DNA from: Candidatus Micrarchaeota archaeon | Lineage (GTDB): Archaea > Micrarchaeota > Micrarchaeia > Micrarchaeales > CABMGC01 | Direction of reading: 5' to 3' | DNA length: 45,598 nucleotides | Assembly (NCBI GenBank): GCA_027328425.1 | Contig: DAHVUT010000006.1 | Location: 1 to 45,598, forward strand | In this document: positions 9,261 through 18,812 of the stretch, one piece after another | How the letters are laid out: each line of letters begins with the position of its first letter | Numbering within the stretch: position 1 is the first letter of the stretch | Notes under the pieces: generated by a model | What the model saw: the letters and a program-made list of their open reading frames with translations, nothing else | Databases searched by the model: none | What the model was told of the DNA's origin: nothing | Made by a program: the position numbers and the translations under genes

Positions 9261-12200
9261 CTACTTTGACTGCGCGGCCTCCATGCCGCCTATAGCAGCT
9301 ATCTCCTTGCCCACGTCCTTTGAGTACGCGTCTATCTCGCCCTCCTTCACGTACTTCATCCTGGCTATCTTGTCCTTGACGCCAAGACCTGAGAGCTGCT
9401 CCGCCGTTATCCCTCCCTTGAGCGCCTTGCTGCCCTCTTCGGCGAGCTCCATTATCGCCTTGAGCATCAAGTGCTGTTTATGCAGTGTCGTGTACGTGTC
9501 CACTTCATCGAAAGCGCTCTGCTGAAGGTAGTCTTCGCGTATCATCTTTGCGGTGTCGAGCGTGAGCTTGTCCGCTTCCGGCAAAGCGTCATAGCCCACC
9601 AGCTGCACCACCTCGTTTATCTCCGCTTCCTTCTGCAGCGTCTTCATCGCCTCCTGGTAGAGCGAGTGCCATTCCTTGCCCGCATTGTCGGCATACCACT
9701 TCGAAAGATCGTCTACGTAGAGCGAGTAGCTGTTGAGCCAATTGATCGACGGGAAGTGCCTGCTGTTGGCGAGCGCTGCGTCCAGGGCCCAGAACACCCT
9801 TGTGACTCTCAGCGTGTTCTGCGATACCGGCTCTGAGGTATCGCCTCCAGGCGGAGACACTGCTCCTATCGCCGTTATGCTGCCCGTGCCGCCATTGAGG
9901 GTGTGCACCTTGCCGGCACGCTCGTAGAACTCTGCGACTTTCCTGCCCAGATATGCAGGATAGCCTTCCTCGCCAGGCATCTCCTCCAACCTGCCCGATA
10001 TCTCCCTGAGCGCTTCGGCCCATCTGGATGTGCTGTCTGCCATGAGCGCCACGCTGTAGCCCATATCCCTGTAGTATTCTGCGAGCGTCATGCCAGTGTA
10101 TATGCTTGCTTCCCTCGCCGCTACCGGCATATTGGATGTGTTTGCTATCAGTATAGTCCTGTCCATGAGGGGCTTGCCCGTTTTCGGATCCTTAAGGTCA
10201 GGGAATGTAGCAAGTACTTCAGTCATCTCATTTCCGCGTTCGCCGCAGCCGATATACACTATCACATCCGCATCGCTCCATTTCGCAAGCTGGTGCTGGA
10301 TGACAGTGTTGTGCAGTATGACCCCACCGATTCCGCCCACGAAATTGCTGCCGTATTCGGGTACCACAACGTCATAGACTTCCGATTCCTCCCGTATCTC
10401 CTCTATGGAAACGATCCTGTCGCAATAGATATAATCCAATGTACTGGCGAGCTGCTGCAGGTACGTAATCTGTACTGTGCCATCATCGTTTTCCAGGATC
10501 GCGGCATCTACAAATTTTTTGAAGACGTTTACGCCCATGTGTTCCTCATTCCTTATGTAGTTAGAGATTTCAATACCGTTTTCAGCGAGCTTTTTGTAGG
10601 ACAATGTTTTCTTGTATATTTCATTAATGTGGGCCGGAGACAGCGGCACTATATCTATGGAATCATAGGTAGATTCCTTTGAATCTATATACTCCTGTAT
10701 CTCTTTCTCCTTTGCGTGTCCTGTGCCTAGTGCATCAAGCAGATTAGTGAGGTTGTGTGTTCCCCTGACAAATATCCTGTAGTACGGAACACCTTTAATG
10801 TACCTCTTTGCTAGCGTGTGTATGACCGAAAATCTCGCCAGGATATACGAAAGTTGCATGTTCAACCAACGGCTTGCCGTTGAAAATTCCACTTCTCCTT
10901 CTGATATAGATCCATCCCCCACGTAGTAAGAAGACAGAAATGCGCCAATCACTTTGTTGCTGGATTGCATTACGCAATCTGGCACGCGCTTGCATTCTGC
11001 GGTTCTGCCCGTGCCTAGGTATTCCAGAAATTCCACTACCACCCTGCTGAATAAAAGCACGTTTGGTGTTTTTCCTTCAACCCTTTCAATCTTGCCCTTT
11101 ATGCCGAAGAGCTTTTCAGCAAGTTTCATAAACCTTGCCAGCAAAGCGTCGTCCAAATTTGTGAATACGACAGTATTCTTTCCGCGTATGTAGCTTTCAG
11201 AGACAAAGTAACCAAGGAATTCAGCAAGCTCCTCTGTTACCGCGCTTGGAAGCCTTGCCACACTGCTCTTCCTATCTCCAGCAAAATGCATTGGCATAGG
11301 TATTGCCACTCCAAATGCGTTGCAGAGCTCCTTTATCCAAGATAACTTTGGTGCCACAGGATTGTGTGTGCGTGAGAGGCTCTCGAGTGTGGTATGGCTG
11401 ATTGATATTTTTGCCATTTTTTTTCTCGCTTCTCTTGAGAGCGAGGCGACCAGTTTGCGTATTTCGGGATCAGTTGTTCTTAGGTCTCCCATTCCATACA
11501 GGTCTATTTTAGCGTTTCCGAAATCTGCATCTATCTTTCTAACAGACGCGATGTAATCCCCTACCCTCAGATCCTTTGCCATGGCTTCTACCACCTCCCC
11601 CTTCTCGCTTATCCTGAAAAGCCTGTGCACTGGCGTTATCTTTGCGGTCTTGCCGGTTCTGGTGGTAATTTTGAAAAGGGAGTTGGATGCTCCCTTGTAG
11701 ATTAACATGGATCTGCTTCTGGTTATCTTCCTGTTGTGCATGGACAAAAGTCCTATGCCTTCATCCAATTCTATTATCTCCTCGCCGTTTCCAATTCTTC
11801 TTTTGCCATGCAGGATGGCGTGGTCATATATCTGCCGCATCTCCCTTATCGTTCCATCTGCAAGCATTACTGGCGTATCGCCGCTTACGCACTTTCCCGA
11901 TCCGAAGGGCCCAGGCACTGCTGCCGTGCCTCCTTTTGCAACAGGGAAGAATGTGTCTATCACGCGCTGGCCCGTGACGAGCGGGGCATTCAGCATCATC
12001 TTGTCTACCACAGGTCTCGCGATTCTAACGGGCCATTTCTGCGCCAGTCGTATGTCCTTGTCTCCCACTGTGGCTATCGTGTCGTTTATGGTGTAGTCCC
12101 CCGCAGCAAGACCGGAGATTTTCCCAAATGTTCCAGGAGGCACGAGCACCTTGTGCTTTATCAGGCTTGTTTCCTCCACCTCCCCTATTATGCTTCCGCC

Positions 12201-12587
12201 CTTCACCTCTGCGCCGTTCTCCAGAGTCGGCTTGAAGCTCCATTTCTTCTTTTTGTCAAGCGCATCTGCACTCACTCCTTTTGCGATGAAGTCTCCGCTT
12301 GTGGCCCTTATCTTGTCCAGCGGCCTCTGTATGCCGTCGTATATCGAGCCTATCAGTCCTGGGCCCAGCTCAACAGACAGGGGTGTGCTTGTGTTTTCGA
12401 CCCTTTCTCCTGGCCTCAGGCCGTTAGTGTCCTCGTACACCTGGACTATCGCCATGCCGTTGTCGAGCTTTATTATCTCGCCAATGAGCCCCTGGTCGCC
12501 TACCCTGATCACGTCGTACATTTTAGGATCCTGCAGTCCCTGGACTGTCACCACAGGCCCCGATACCCTGTATACTACTCCTGCCAT
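9261..12587 (-). CDS. atpA: A/V-type ATP synthase subunit A, intein-containing
   Basis: GPFGSGK|intein|TVIQH P-loop, [20 protein letters not shown]. Exteins total 580 aa. Confidence 0.97.
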   Translation of the reverse strand: MAGVVYRVSGPVVTVQGLQDPKMYDVIRVGDQGLIGEIIKLDNGMAIVQVYEDTNGLRPGERVENTSTPLSVELGPGLIGSIYDGIQRPLDKIRATSGDFIAKGVSADALDKKKKWSFKPTLENGAEVKGGSIIGEVEETSLIKHKVLVPPGTFGKISGLAAGDYTINDTIATVGDKDIRLAQKWPVRIARPVVDKMMLNAPLVTGQRVIDTFFPVAKGGTAAVPGPFGSGKCVSGDTPVMLADGTIREMRQIYDHAILHGKRRIGNGEEIIELDEGIGLLSMHNRKITRSRSMLIYKGASNSLFKITTRTGKTAKITPVHRLFRISEKGEVVEAMAKDLRVGDYIASVRKIDADFGNAKIDLYGMGDLRTTDPEIRKLVASLSREARKKMAKISISHTTLESLSRTHNPVAPKLSWIKELCNAFGVAIPMPMHFAGDRKSSVARLPSAVTEELAEFLGYFVSESYIRGKNTVVFTNLDDALLARFMKLAEKLFGIKGKIERVEGKTPNVLLFSRVVVEFLEYLGTGRTAECKRVPDCVMQSSNKVIGAFLSSYYVGDGSISEGEVEFSTASRWLNMQLSYILARFSVIHTLAKRYIKGVPYYRIFVRGTHNLTNLLDALGTGHAKEKEIQEYIDSKESTYDSIDIVPLSPAHINEIYKKTLSYKKLAENGIEISNYIRNEEHMGVNVFKKFVDAAILENDDGTVQITYLQQLASTLDYIYCDRIVSIEEIREESEVYDVVVPEYGSNFVGGIGGVILHNTVIQHQLAKWSDADVIVYIGCGERGNEMTEVLATFPDLKDPKTGKPLMDRTILIANTSNMPVAAREASIYTGMTLAEYYRDMGYSVALMADSTSRWAEALREISGRLEEMPGEEGYPAYLGRKVAEFYERAGKVHTLNGGTGSITAIGAVSPPGGDTSEPVSQNTLRVTRVFWALDAALANSRHFPSINWLNSYSLYVDDLSKWYADNAGKEWHSLYQEAMKTLQKEAEINEVVQLVGYDALPEADKLTLDTAKMIREDYLQQSAFDEVDTYTTLHKQHLMLKAIMELAEEGSKALKGGITAEQLSGLGVKDKIARMKYVKEGEIDAYSKDVGKEIAAIGGMEAAQSK
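10308..11891 (-). mobile_element. Intein (528 aa) with LAGLIDADG homing endonuclease in the AtpA P-loop
   Basis: Starts CVSGDT, block B TPVH, motifs [12 protein letters not shown] and [10 protein letters not shown], ends VILHN with Thr at +1. AT-richer than exteins. Confidence 0.93.
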
Positions 12588-12910
12588 TATTCCACGCTTT
12601 GAATATTAACTCCGAGCACGCGCTTTGCCAGCGCCTCGACAGATTCCTCTCCTTCGTCCTGCCCCGGGGCAGGTATGAATACGACTAGCGGTCTCAGCGT
12701 GGTTTCTGCAGTCTTGAGCGCTGCCTTGCTGAGCGTCTTCTTTATGCTCTCGGATACTATCACGAGCCCGTATTCCTTGCCCGCGAGCAGCTCAGCGAAA
12801 CGCTTCGCAGCCGCTTCACCGGTCTCCATGAACACATCGCTTATTCCAACTAGCTTGAAGCCGAGCGCAATCTCCCTTTCGCCTATCACTGCAATCCTGT
12901 CGAACTCCAT
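12587..12910 (-). CDS. atpF: A/V-type ATP synthase subunit F
   Basis: IAVIGERE..GFKLVGI, PLVVFIP, KRVLGV. Confidence 0.92.
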   Translation of the reverse strand: MEFDRIAVIGEREIALGFKLVGISDVFMETGEAAAKRFAELLAGKEYGLVIVSESIKKTLSKAALKTAETTLRPLVVFIPAPGQDEGEESVEALAKRVLGVNIQSVE

Positions 12911-12922
12911 GTAATCGCCAAA

Positions 12923-13978
12923 CTATCTGAGGTGCTTCAGCACCTTTACATTCTCCACCCGTTCCTTGCTCACGTTGTAGTACCTGTTCATCCAGGCGAG
13001 CCTCAGCTCGTCGCGCTCTATCTCGGCCCTTATCATGTAGCCTACTATGTAAGCGAGCGAGATCGCGGACTCATTGAAGAGCTTCAGGTACTTCCTGTAC
13101 AGCTGCCCCTTGAGCGCCGCTTCGAAATAGGCAAGATAGGGGTCCTTCTTGTACAGCTCGAACGCCTCATCTATCTTGAAAGGCATCTCGTTCTTCGCGT
13201 CCTCGATGGGCTTGCCCGCTATCCCTGCGATCTTGGATTCGGGTATGTTGCCCCCCTTTATCATGTAGCTGCCCACGTCCTTGTAGCCGAACGCTGCCGA
13301 TTTCAGGGCGCTCATCACGTTCCTTACGTCTATCAGCTCCTTCACGTACCTCAGCATCAGCCCCTCGTCACCGTTGTAGAACTTCAGCGAAGACACGAGC
13401 CTGTCATAGTATGCGAGGTCCAGCGCTACCACCATCTCAGATATGTCTCCAGTCCTAAGCACGTCGTTAAGATACTTCAGCAGCACGGTGCCGTAGCCGT
13501 AGCGCGTAAGCGCATGCACCACGGCCTCTATGTCCTTCTGCTCTATTATCTCCTTGTATTCCTCCATTGTGATGGGCCCGCTTATCACGCCGACAGGCAC
13601 GTTCCTCTGCACCATCAGGAATACCTCGGTGCTCTCAATGCTGTAGCCCAGCTTCTTTGAAGACAGTATGAGCTTTATGTTCTCTATGTCCCACTTGCTC
13701 GCGTATGCAATGACGAAGTCCCGCGCGAGCGGAGGCACAGCCATGTAGGCGTTCCTCATCATGCGCATTGCGTGCGCGTTCAGCGCCACTTCGACAAGGT
13801 CGGGTACCTGGTAAAGGGTTGAGAAGGCGTCTATCTCCCTCCTGTAGCTGGTGGAGCTCAGGGACTTCAGGAACTCCTCGGGCTCCTTCTGTTCGAGCTG
13901 CTCTATGAAATCGCTGCTCAGCAGTTCGGTGCTCAGCACTGTCAGCTGCCCGTATTTTCCGGCGTACGTGGAGTCCAT
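12923..13978 (-). CDS. atpC: A/V-type ATP synthase subunit C (d)
   Basis: WDIENIK, LDLAYY, IDVRN; size and operon position. Confidence 0.88.
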   Translation of the reverse strand: MDSTYAGKYGQLTVLSTELLSSDFIEQLEQKEPEEFLKSLSSTSYRREIDAFSTLYQVPDLVEVALNAHAMRMMRNAYMAVPPLARDFVIAYASKWDIENIKLILSSKKLGYSIESTEVFLMVQRNVPVGVISGPITMEEYKEIIEQKDIEAVVHALTRYGYGTVLLKYLNDVLRTGDISEMVVALDLAYYDRLVSSLKFYNGDEGLMLRYVKELIDVRNVMSALKSAAFGYKDVGSYMIKGGNIPESKIAGIAGKPIEDAKNEMPFKIDEAFELYKKDPYLAYFEAALKGQLYRKYLKLFNESAISLAYIVGYMIRAEIERDELRLAWMNRYYNVSKERVENVKVLKHLR

Positions 13979-14554
13979 TCAGTCGCCCCCCTCGCGAACC
14001 CGTTCCAGGAGCTTTTGGGCCAGCCTGTCGTGCAGCGCTGCCAAAAGCGCGTCGAGAGTGTAGTCTATTTCCATCTTCCCGTCGTCGGATGCTGCGACGA
14101 GCCCGCCTGAAATGTGTTCCTTGACGTCGTCCAGCTTGAATCCCGCTTCCTGGTCCAGCAGCTGCATGTCTTCCTTGCGTACGAGTATAGCGCAGTCGCT
14201 GCCCAGTTCCGCCGCCGCTTTGGCGGCGAGCGCGTTCAACAGCTTCCCGTATTTTGCGCTCTTCATGTATTCCTGCAGCCTGTCCCGCATCTTGTCTATC
14301 GCAGCTTCGATCCTGTTGTTCGCTTCTTGGTCGTAGGCCATCTTGGCTGCGATGTTAGCCTTGGAAGTTTCCCTTATCATGATTTGTTCCGCGTCGCTTT
14401 TGGATTTCGCTTCCATGCGTCGTGTTTTGTCTGCAGACCTTGCCCCGGCCTCTTCGCTTATGCGCTTGGCCTCCTCTTCTGCCTTCTGCGTTATGCCCTC
14501 TATCTCTGCATCCGTGTTCGCGTCTATGTCCTCGAGTATTTCCTTCAGTCCCAT
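13979..14554 (-). CDS. atpE: A/V-type ATP synthase subunit E
   Basis: MGLKEILEDI coiled coil, C-terminal SGGLV..DG..IDYT. Confidence 0.88.
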   Translation of the reverse strand: MGLKEILEDIDANTDAEIEGITQKAEEEAKRISEEAGARSADKTRRMEAKSKSDAEQIMIRETSKANIAAKMAYDQEANNRIEAAIDKMRDRLQEYMKSAKYGKLLNALAAKAAAELGSDCAILVRKEDMQLLDQEAGFKLDDVKEHISGGLVAASDDGKMEIDYTLDALLAALHDRLAQKLLERVREGGD

Positions 14555-14573
14555 TGAAAGGCACTCCCGTGCA

Positions 14574-14795
14574 CTACAGTATCTGCAGCAGCAATATCAG
14601 GCCCAGCACGAAGCCAATTATCCAGAGCGTTTCAGGTATGACAAAGAAGAACAGCACCTGGCCGAACTTCTCCGGTCTTTCGGCTATTATTCCCATACCC
14701 GCAGCACCTATTCCCTGCTGCGCCATTCCAGTGCCTATCAATCCTCCAGCTATTGCGATCGAAGCAGCAATAGCAAACTCAGGGTCTACTGCCAT
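14574..14795 (-). CDS. atpK: A/V-type ATP synthase subunit K (c), single hairpin
   Basis: Two TM helices, AQQGIG, AERPE loop, ion-binding PET; GGTGA RBS upstream. Confidence 0.92.
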   Translation of the reverse strand: MAVDPEFAIAASIAIAGGLIGTGMAQQGIGAAGMGIIAERPEKFGQVLFFFVIPETLWIIGFVLGLILLLQIL

Positions 14796-14799
14796 TTGT

Positions 14800-14891
14800 T
14801 CACCAAATCAACATGAAGCACCCGTGGGTGCACGTCAAAATAGCGTTCCTAATTATTTCGACTGCTAGTTTTACAACCAACAGCTTAAAAA
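14800..14891 (-). promoter_or_regulatory. atp operon promoter/leader with palindrome
   Basis: TATA-like TTTTTAAG at 14884-14891 (minus), palindrome GCACCC-GT-GGGTGC at 14818-14831, RBS GGTGA at 14800-14804. Confidence 0.45.
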
Positions 14892-14894
14892 TAG

Positions 14895-15557
14895 CTACTC
14901 TGAGTGACGTTGCCGCGCCCGTTTGGCATTGCTAGAGGGGCAGATGTCATTGAGCACGCACCTATAGCACTCTTTGTTGCGCGCCTTGCACGCGTCCCTG
15001 CCAAGCTCTATGAAAGTGTTTGACACGCGCCCCCAATCTTTCTGCGGGTATGCGCGCAGTAGCGCCATCTCCACCTTGTATGGGTCCTTGCTTCTCGAGA
15101 AGCCGAGTCGCCTTGCGACCCTGCCCGCGTGCGTGTCTACGGCAATGCCCTCGTCTATGCCATAGCCCTCGTTCAGCACCACATTGGCGACCTTCCTCCC
15201 GACGCCAGGCAGCTCCATGAGCTCTCTCAGCGTGCCCGGCACTTCGCCGCCGAACCTTTCCAGTATCATCTTTGCCGCTTCGCGCAGGTGCTTTGCCTTT
15301 GTCTTGTAGTAGTTCATGCCCTTCAAGTACCGTATCAGGGTCCTGGGGTTGGAATCGGCGTAGTCCTCAAAGTTATCGAACCTCTTAAACAGCTTGCCGG
15401 TGGTCCTATTCGTCTGTATATCGGTGGACTGCGGCGATAGAAGCACAGCTACGAAGAGTTGCACCATATCTCTGTGGCTGAGTTGCGTGCGCGGATGCAC
15501 TCCGTACCTTTTCGAGAGCCGCCTCAGTACTTCGCGCGCGTATGGGCTCGAGCACAT
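14895..15557 (-). CDS. nth: Endonuclease III
   Basis: HhH LPGVGRKVANVVL, VDTH, Fe-S motif C-x6-C-x2-C-x5-C. Confidence 0.93.
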   Translation of the reverse strand: MCSSPYAREVLRRLSKRYGVHPRTQLSHRDMVQLFVAVLLSPQSTDIQTNRTTGKLFKRFDNFEDYADSNPRTLIRYLKGMNYYKTKAKHLREAAKMILERFGGEVPGTLRELMELPGVGRKVANVVLNEGYGIDEGIAVDTHAGRVARRLGFSRSKDPYKVEMALLRAYPQKDWGRVSNTFIELGRDACKARNKECYRCVLNDICPSSNAKRARQRHSE

Positions 15558-15595
15558 GAATAAGAATGCGGGCTTCTACTATTAAATGTGTTGGC

Positions 15596-16417
15596 GTGAT
15601 AAGGAAGCTTGTTGTGGCCGGCCAGTTCTATCCGGAGCAGGATGGCGAGCTCTCGCGCATGCTGGGCAAGCGACTTGCTGCCGCCGAAGTGGCGGATGCC
15701 GCTGAAGGCATTGCATTCGTGGCGCCGCATGCAGGCTATGTGTATTCTGGCGGAATCGCAGCATACACTTATGCGGCCCTGCTCAAGGCCCATTCGAACA
15801 GGAAGTTTGACTCGCTCATAGTCATAGGTCCGAACCATACAGGCTACGGGGCGCCGATCGCAGTGTCCATGGACGACTGGCAAACGCCGTTGGGCATTGT
15901 AGAGAACGATGCAGCGCTTTCTCGGACCATAGCGAATGCTCTAGGCGTAAGCGCCGATGAGATTGCGCATGGTTTTGAGCACTCGGTTGAGGTACAGCTA
16001 CCGTTCATACAAAGGGTGCTGCCAGACGTAAGCTGTTCGTTCATCTGCATGGGGGATCAATCATTCAGGGCAGGCATAGAGCTGACGAATGCGGTAATCG
16101 GCGCTGCCAAAAAACTTGGGAGGAGGGTTGCTGTGATAGCGAGTTCTGATTTCAACCACTATGAGTCCGCAGAGGTTGCAAGAAAGAAGGACATGCCTGC
16201 GATAGAAGCGGTCCTGAAGCTTGATGTCGAGAACTTCCATGAGCTCATACGCAGGAACAAGGACAGTGCATGCGGCTACGGACCCGTGGCAGTCGCCGCG
16301 CTGTTCGCCAGGCGGAATGGCGCAAAGGCAGGAGTGCTGCTCAAATACGGGAATTCGGGAGACTCTACGAACGATTACAGGTCTGTAGTTGCCTACGCGA
16401 GCATAGTGTTCCTGTGA
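15596..16417 (+). CDS. amrB: AmmeMemoRadiSam protein B (MEMO1 family)
   Basis: VAGQFYP, PHAGYVYSG, GPNHTG, EHSVEVQLPF, SSDFNHY, CGYGP. GTG start chosen. Confidence 0.92.
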   Translation: MIRKLVVAGQFYPEQDGELSRMLGKRLAAAEVADAAEGIAFVAPHAGYVYSGGIAAYTYAALLKAHSNRKFDSLIVIGPNHTGYGAPIAVSMDDWQTPLGIVENDAALSRTIANALGVSADEIAHGFEHSVEVQLPFIQRVLPDVSCSFICMGDQSFRAGIELTNAVIGAAKKLGRRVAVIASSDFNHYESAEVARKKDMPAIEAVLKLDVENFHELIRRNKDSACGYGPVAVAALFARRNGAKAGVLLKYGNSGDSTNDYRSVVAYASIVFL

Positions 16418-16701
16418 TTCACTCTGTGTTTTGCTGCGCCGCAGAAGCGGGCAGTTTGGCAGCATTATACGCTTGCCTTTCTCCGTTACGGAGTATGAGA
16501 CGCTCCCTTGACTATTACTCAAAATGCCCTTTGCTGCGAATCATCCTCCAATCAATTCATCAGGTGAGGCCACTGCCGTTGTAGCAGCTGTGCTTTACTT
16601 AAGGAGAAGGAAGGGAACCGGAGGCAGGAAGCAGGATAAGGAATAAGCTGAAGCAGGCGGGAAAGGCTCTGAGCGCAAGCAAATACCAGCCGTAGCGCGG
16701 G

Positions 16702-17484
16702 CTATGCCTTTTTCCCCTTGTGCTTTGCCTCCATCTCTTCCTTGATGTCTTTCTCTATCTTTTTCACTCCTTTCTCCACATCCGCTTCCACGTCCTTGCC
16801 CGCTTCCTCCAGATCATGCTCAACGTCCTCTTCCAGAACCTCCTCGAATCTGTCAATCCTGGGCCTCACCCACCTGTTCAGATAGATGTAGTAGCTTGCA
16901 CCGAAGACTATGCCTCCAAGGATGTGTATGTACCAGAACTGGTTGCCGTTCAGGTATATGAAAAGTATGGCTGATACCATCAACAGCAGCGCTACAAAAG
17001 AGAGCGACGCTATCTCCAGCCTCCTCCTGAAATGCTCCCCCCTCTCTGACATGCGCTTTATCAGCTCGGTGTCGTACGTCTCGAACGCAGCGAAGATGAG
17101 TACGTTGAAAGCTAGTATCGATGTGCCGCTGGAAGGGAAGCCGGTATGCCACCACACCAGCGCTGCCGCTATGTATGAGGCAAACACGCTCAGGAGGCCG
17201 GCGTTCCTGATCAGCGCTATCCTGCCCTTCAGGTGCGCCAGGTTTCTAGTGTAGAGCTCGACTATCAGGTAAATGACCACTAGGAATACGTAGTTGTAGA
17301 GGATTCCGTCCCCCTGCATCTCATAGGTTATGTTGAACGGTGATGTAAGCCATACGAGCAGATCGGTGTGCCACGCCGCCGGCGCCTGATTGTAGAGGAA
17401 GGTAATCAATGGCACCAGTACTGCTATGTAGGTGGTGGTCCATGGGAACTTGAATCGGAACCCTATCCCAGCCATACTGGTCAA
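16702..17484 (-). CDS. Rhomboid-like intramembrane protease with acidic helical tail
   Basis: About 6 TM helices, G-T-S (SSGTS) and HILGG..G motifs at rhomboid-like positions. Confidence 0.55.
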   Translation of the reverse strand: MTSMAGIGFRFKFPWTTTYIAVLVPLITFLYNQAPAAWHTDLLVWLTSPFNITYEMQGDGILYNYVFLVVIYLIVELYTRNLAHLKGRIALIRNAGLLSVFASYIAAALVWWHTGFPSSGTSILAFNVLIFAAFETYDTELIKRMSERGEHFRRRLEIASLSFVALLLMVSAILFIYLNGNQFWYIHILGGIVFGASYYIYLNRWVRPRIDRFEEVLEEDVEHDLEEAGKDVEADVEKGVKKIEKDIKEEMEAKHKGKKA

Positions 17485-17594
17485 CGTGAGTTATGCAGTA
17501 ATGCGCTTTATTAATTCTTTCAATGCTCCATGCCTTTGATTCTGCTCTGCCTGGCTGCAGTAAGCCTTTTTAGGTGTGCCTTCGATATGAAGCC

Positions 17595-18812
17595 ATGCAA
17601 GCAAGGATGCCGAACGTAAGCGTAATAGTCCTGGATACGCTCAGGCTCGACATGTTCAACAGGCTCGAGCGCAGGAGCAACGGCCTGGCTGGCCTTGGCA
17701 GGTTCACTCTCGTGGACAGGTGCATCGCGCCGTCGTCATGGACACTACCATCGCACGCATCGCTGTTTACCGGCATGTATCCGAGCGAGCACAGGGCGCA
17801 CGAGACGAAGACGGTCAAGGGGCTGGACATAGCGCGGATAAAACTCAAGCGCAGGACATTTGTCGCAGACCTTAACGATGCAGGTTACGCCACGTATGCG
17901 ATATCAGCCAACCCATATGTGCATCCGATATACGGCTTCGACGAATTTAAGCACTTCAGGGCTGAATCATATTTCACCGACCTCTGGGGCTATGCCATAG
18001 AAGTGCCGGAGAAGCTGAAGCCGCTCCTCTCGAAGTACAGGGCGCAGTATGGCGGCAACTTCTTCAAGATAGGCTTCGCGATGCTGCGCGACGACCCCGG
18101 ATTGATAAGAGAAGTTACAGGATTGCCTCTGACCGCAGCCCTTACGCTTAGGAACATGGCCAGGAAGGCCAGGGCGAAGGCGATAGAGGGCTGGCCTATA
18201 GAGAAGGGCGGCAGGAGGATAGTGAAGAGCGTGGCAGAGATGCGGCTGCGTAAGCCTTTCTTCCTATTCCTTAACCTCATGGAAGCCCACGACCCTTATA
18301 CTGCTTCAAAGGTGCTTAAGATGGACTGGTCCACGCCGTTCCTGAAGGAGCCCGCGGGTGCAAATGCGGTTAGCCTGTGGAAGCGCCTCTATGCTAAGGC
18401 GTCAGAGCGAGCCTACGACTACGCCCGCGACATAATAGGGAATCTGGTGGAGCGTTTCGGCGACGACCAGATAATTGTGCTGACGAGCGATCACGGCCAG
18501 GAGTTCAATGAGCATGGCTATATAGGCCATGGCACCGTGCTTCACGATGAGGTGATAAAGGTGCCGCTTGCAGTAATGCTGCCCAAGGGCTTTGCCGGGC
18601 CGCGCATCGGCGGATATTCATCGCTCGTGAACGTGAGGCGCTTCATCTCTGAGGCTCTCCAGAAGAATGCGCATGCAGCTGACTATCTGTACAGCGACGA
18701 GGTGCGCACAGAGAGCTTTGGCGTTCCTGCGGCAATACCGAGACGCAATGACATAAACTTTAGAAAGCTAAATATGTATGAAAAGAAGACTGTTAGGAAA
18801 TTCAGGTCATGA
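17595..18812 (+). CDS. Sulfatase-like hydrolase/transferase (alkaline phosphatase superfamily)
   Basis: LDTLR, WTLPSHASLFTG, EAHDPY, TSDHG, GHG. Confidence 0.85.
   Translation: MQARMPNVSVIVLDTLRLDMFNRLERRSNGLAGLGRFTLVDRCIAPSSWTLPSHASLFTGMYPSEHRAHETKTVKGLDIARIKLKRRTFVADLNDAGYATYAISANPYVHPIYGFDEFKHFRAESYFTDLWGYAIEVPEKLKPLLSKYRAQYGGNFFKIGFAMLRDDPGLIREVTGLPLTAALTLRNMARKARAKAIEGWPIEKGGRRIVKSVAEMRLRKPFFLFLNLMEAHDPYTASKVLKMDWSTPFLKEPAGANAVSLWKRLYAKASERAYDYARDIIGNLVERFGDDQIIVLTSDHGQEFNEHGYIGHGTVLHDEVIKVPLAVMLPKGFAGPRIGGYSSLVNVRRFISEALQKNAHAADYLYSDEVRTESFGVPAAIPRRNDINFRKLNMYEKKTVRKFRS

Noticed and set aside
16417-16700. SRP RNA, RNase P RNA or hammerhead (CTGATGA on minus)
   Set aside because: Could not find SRP helix 8, RNase P P4 strands or hammerhead stems by eye.
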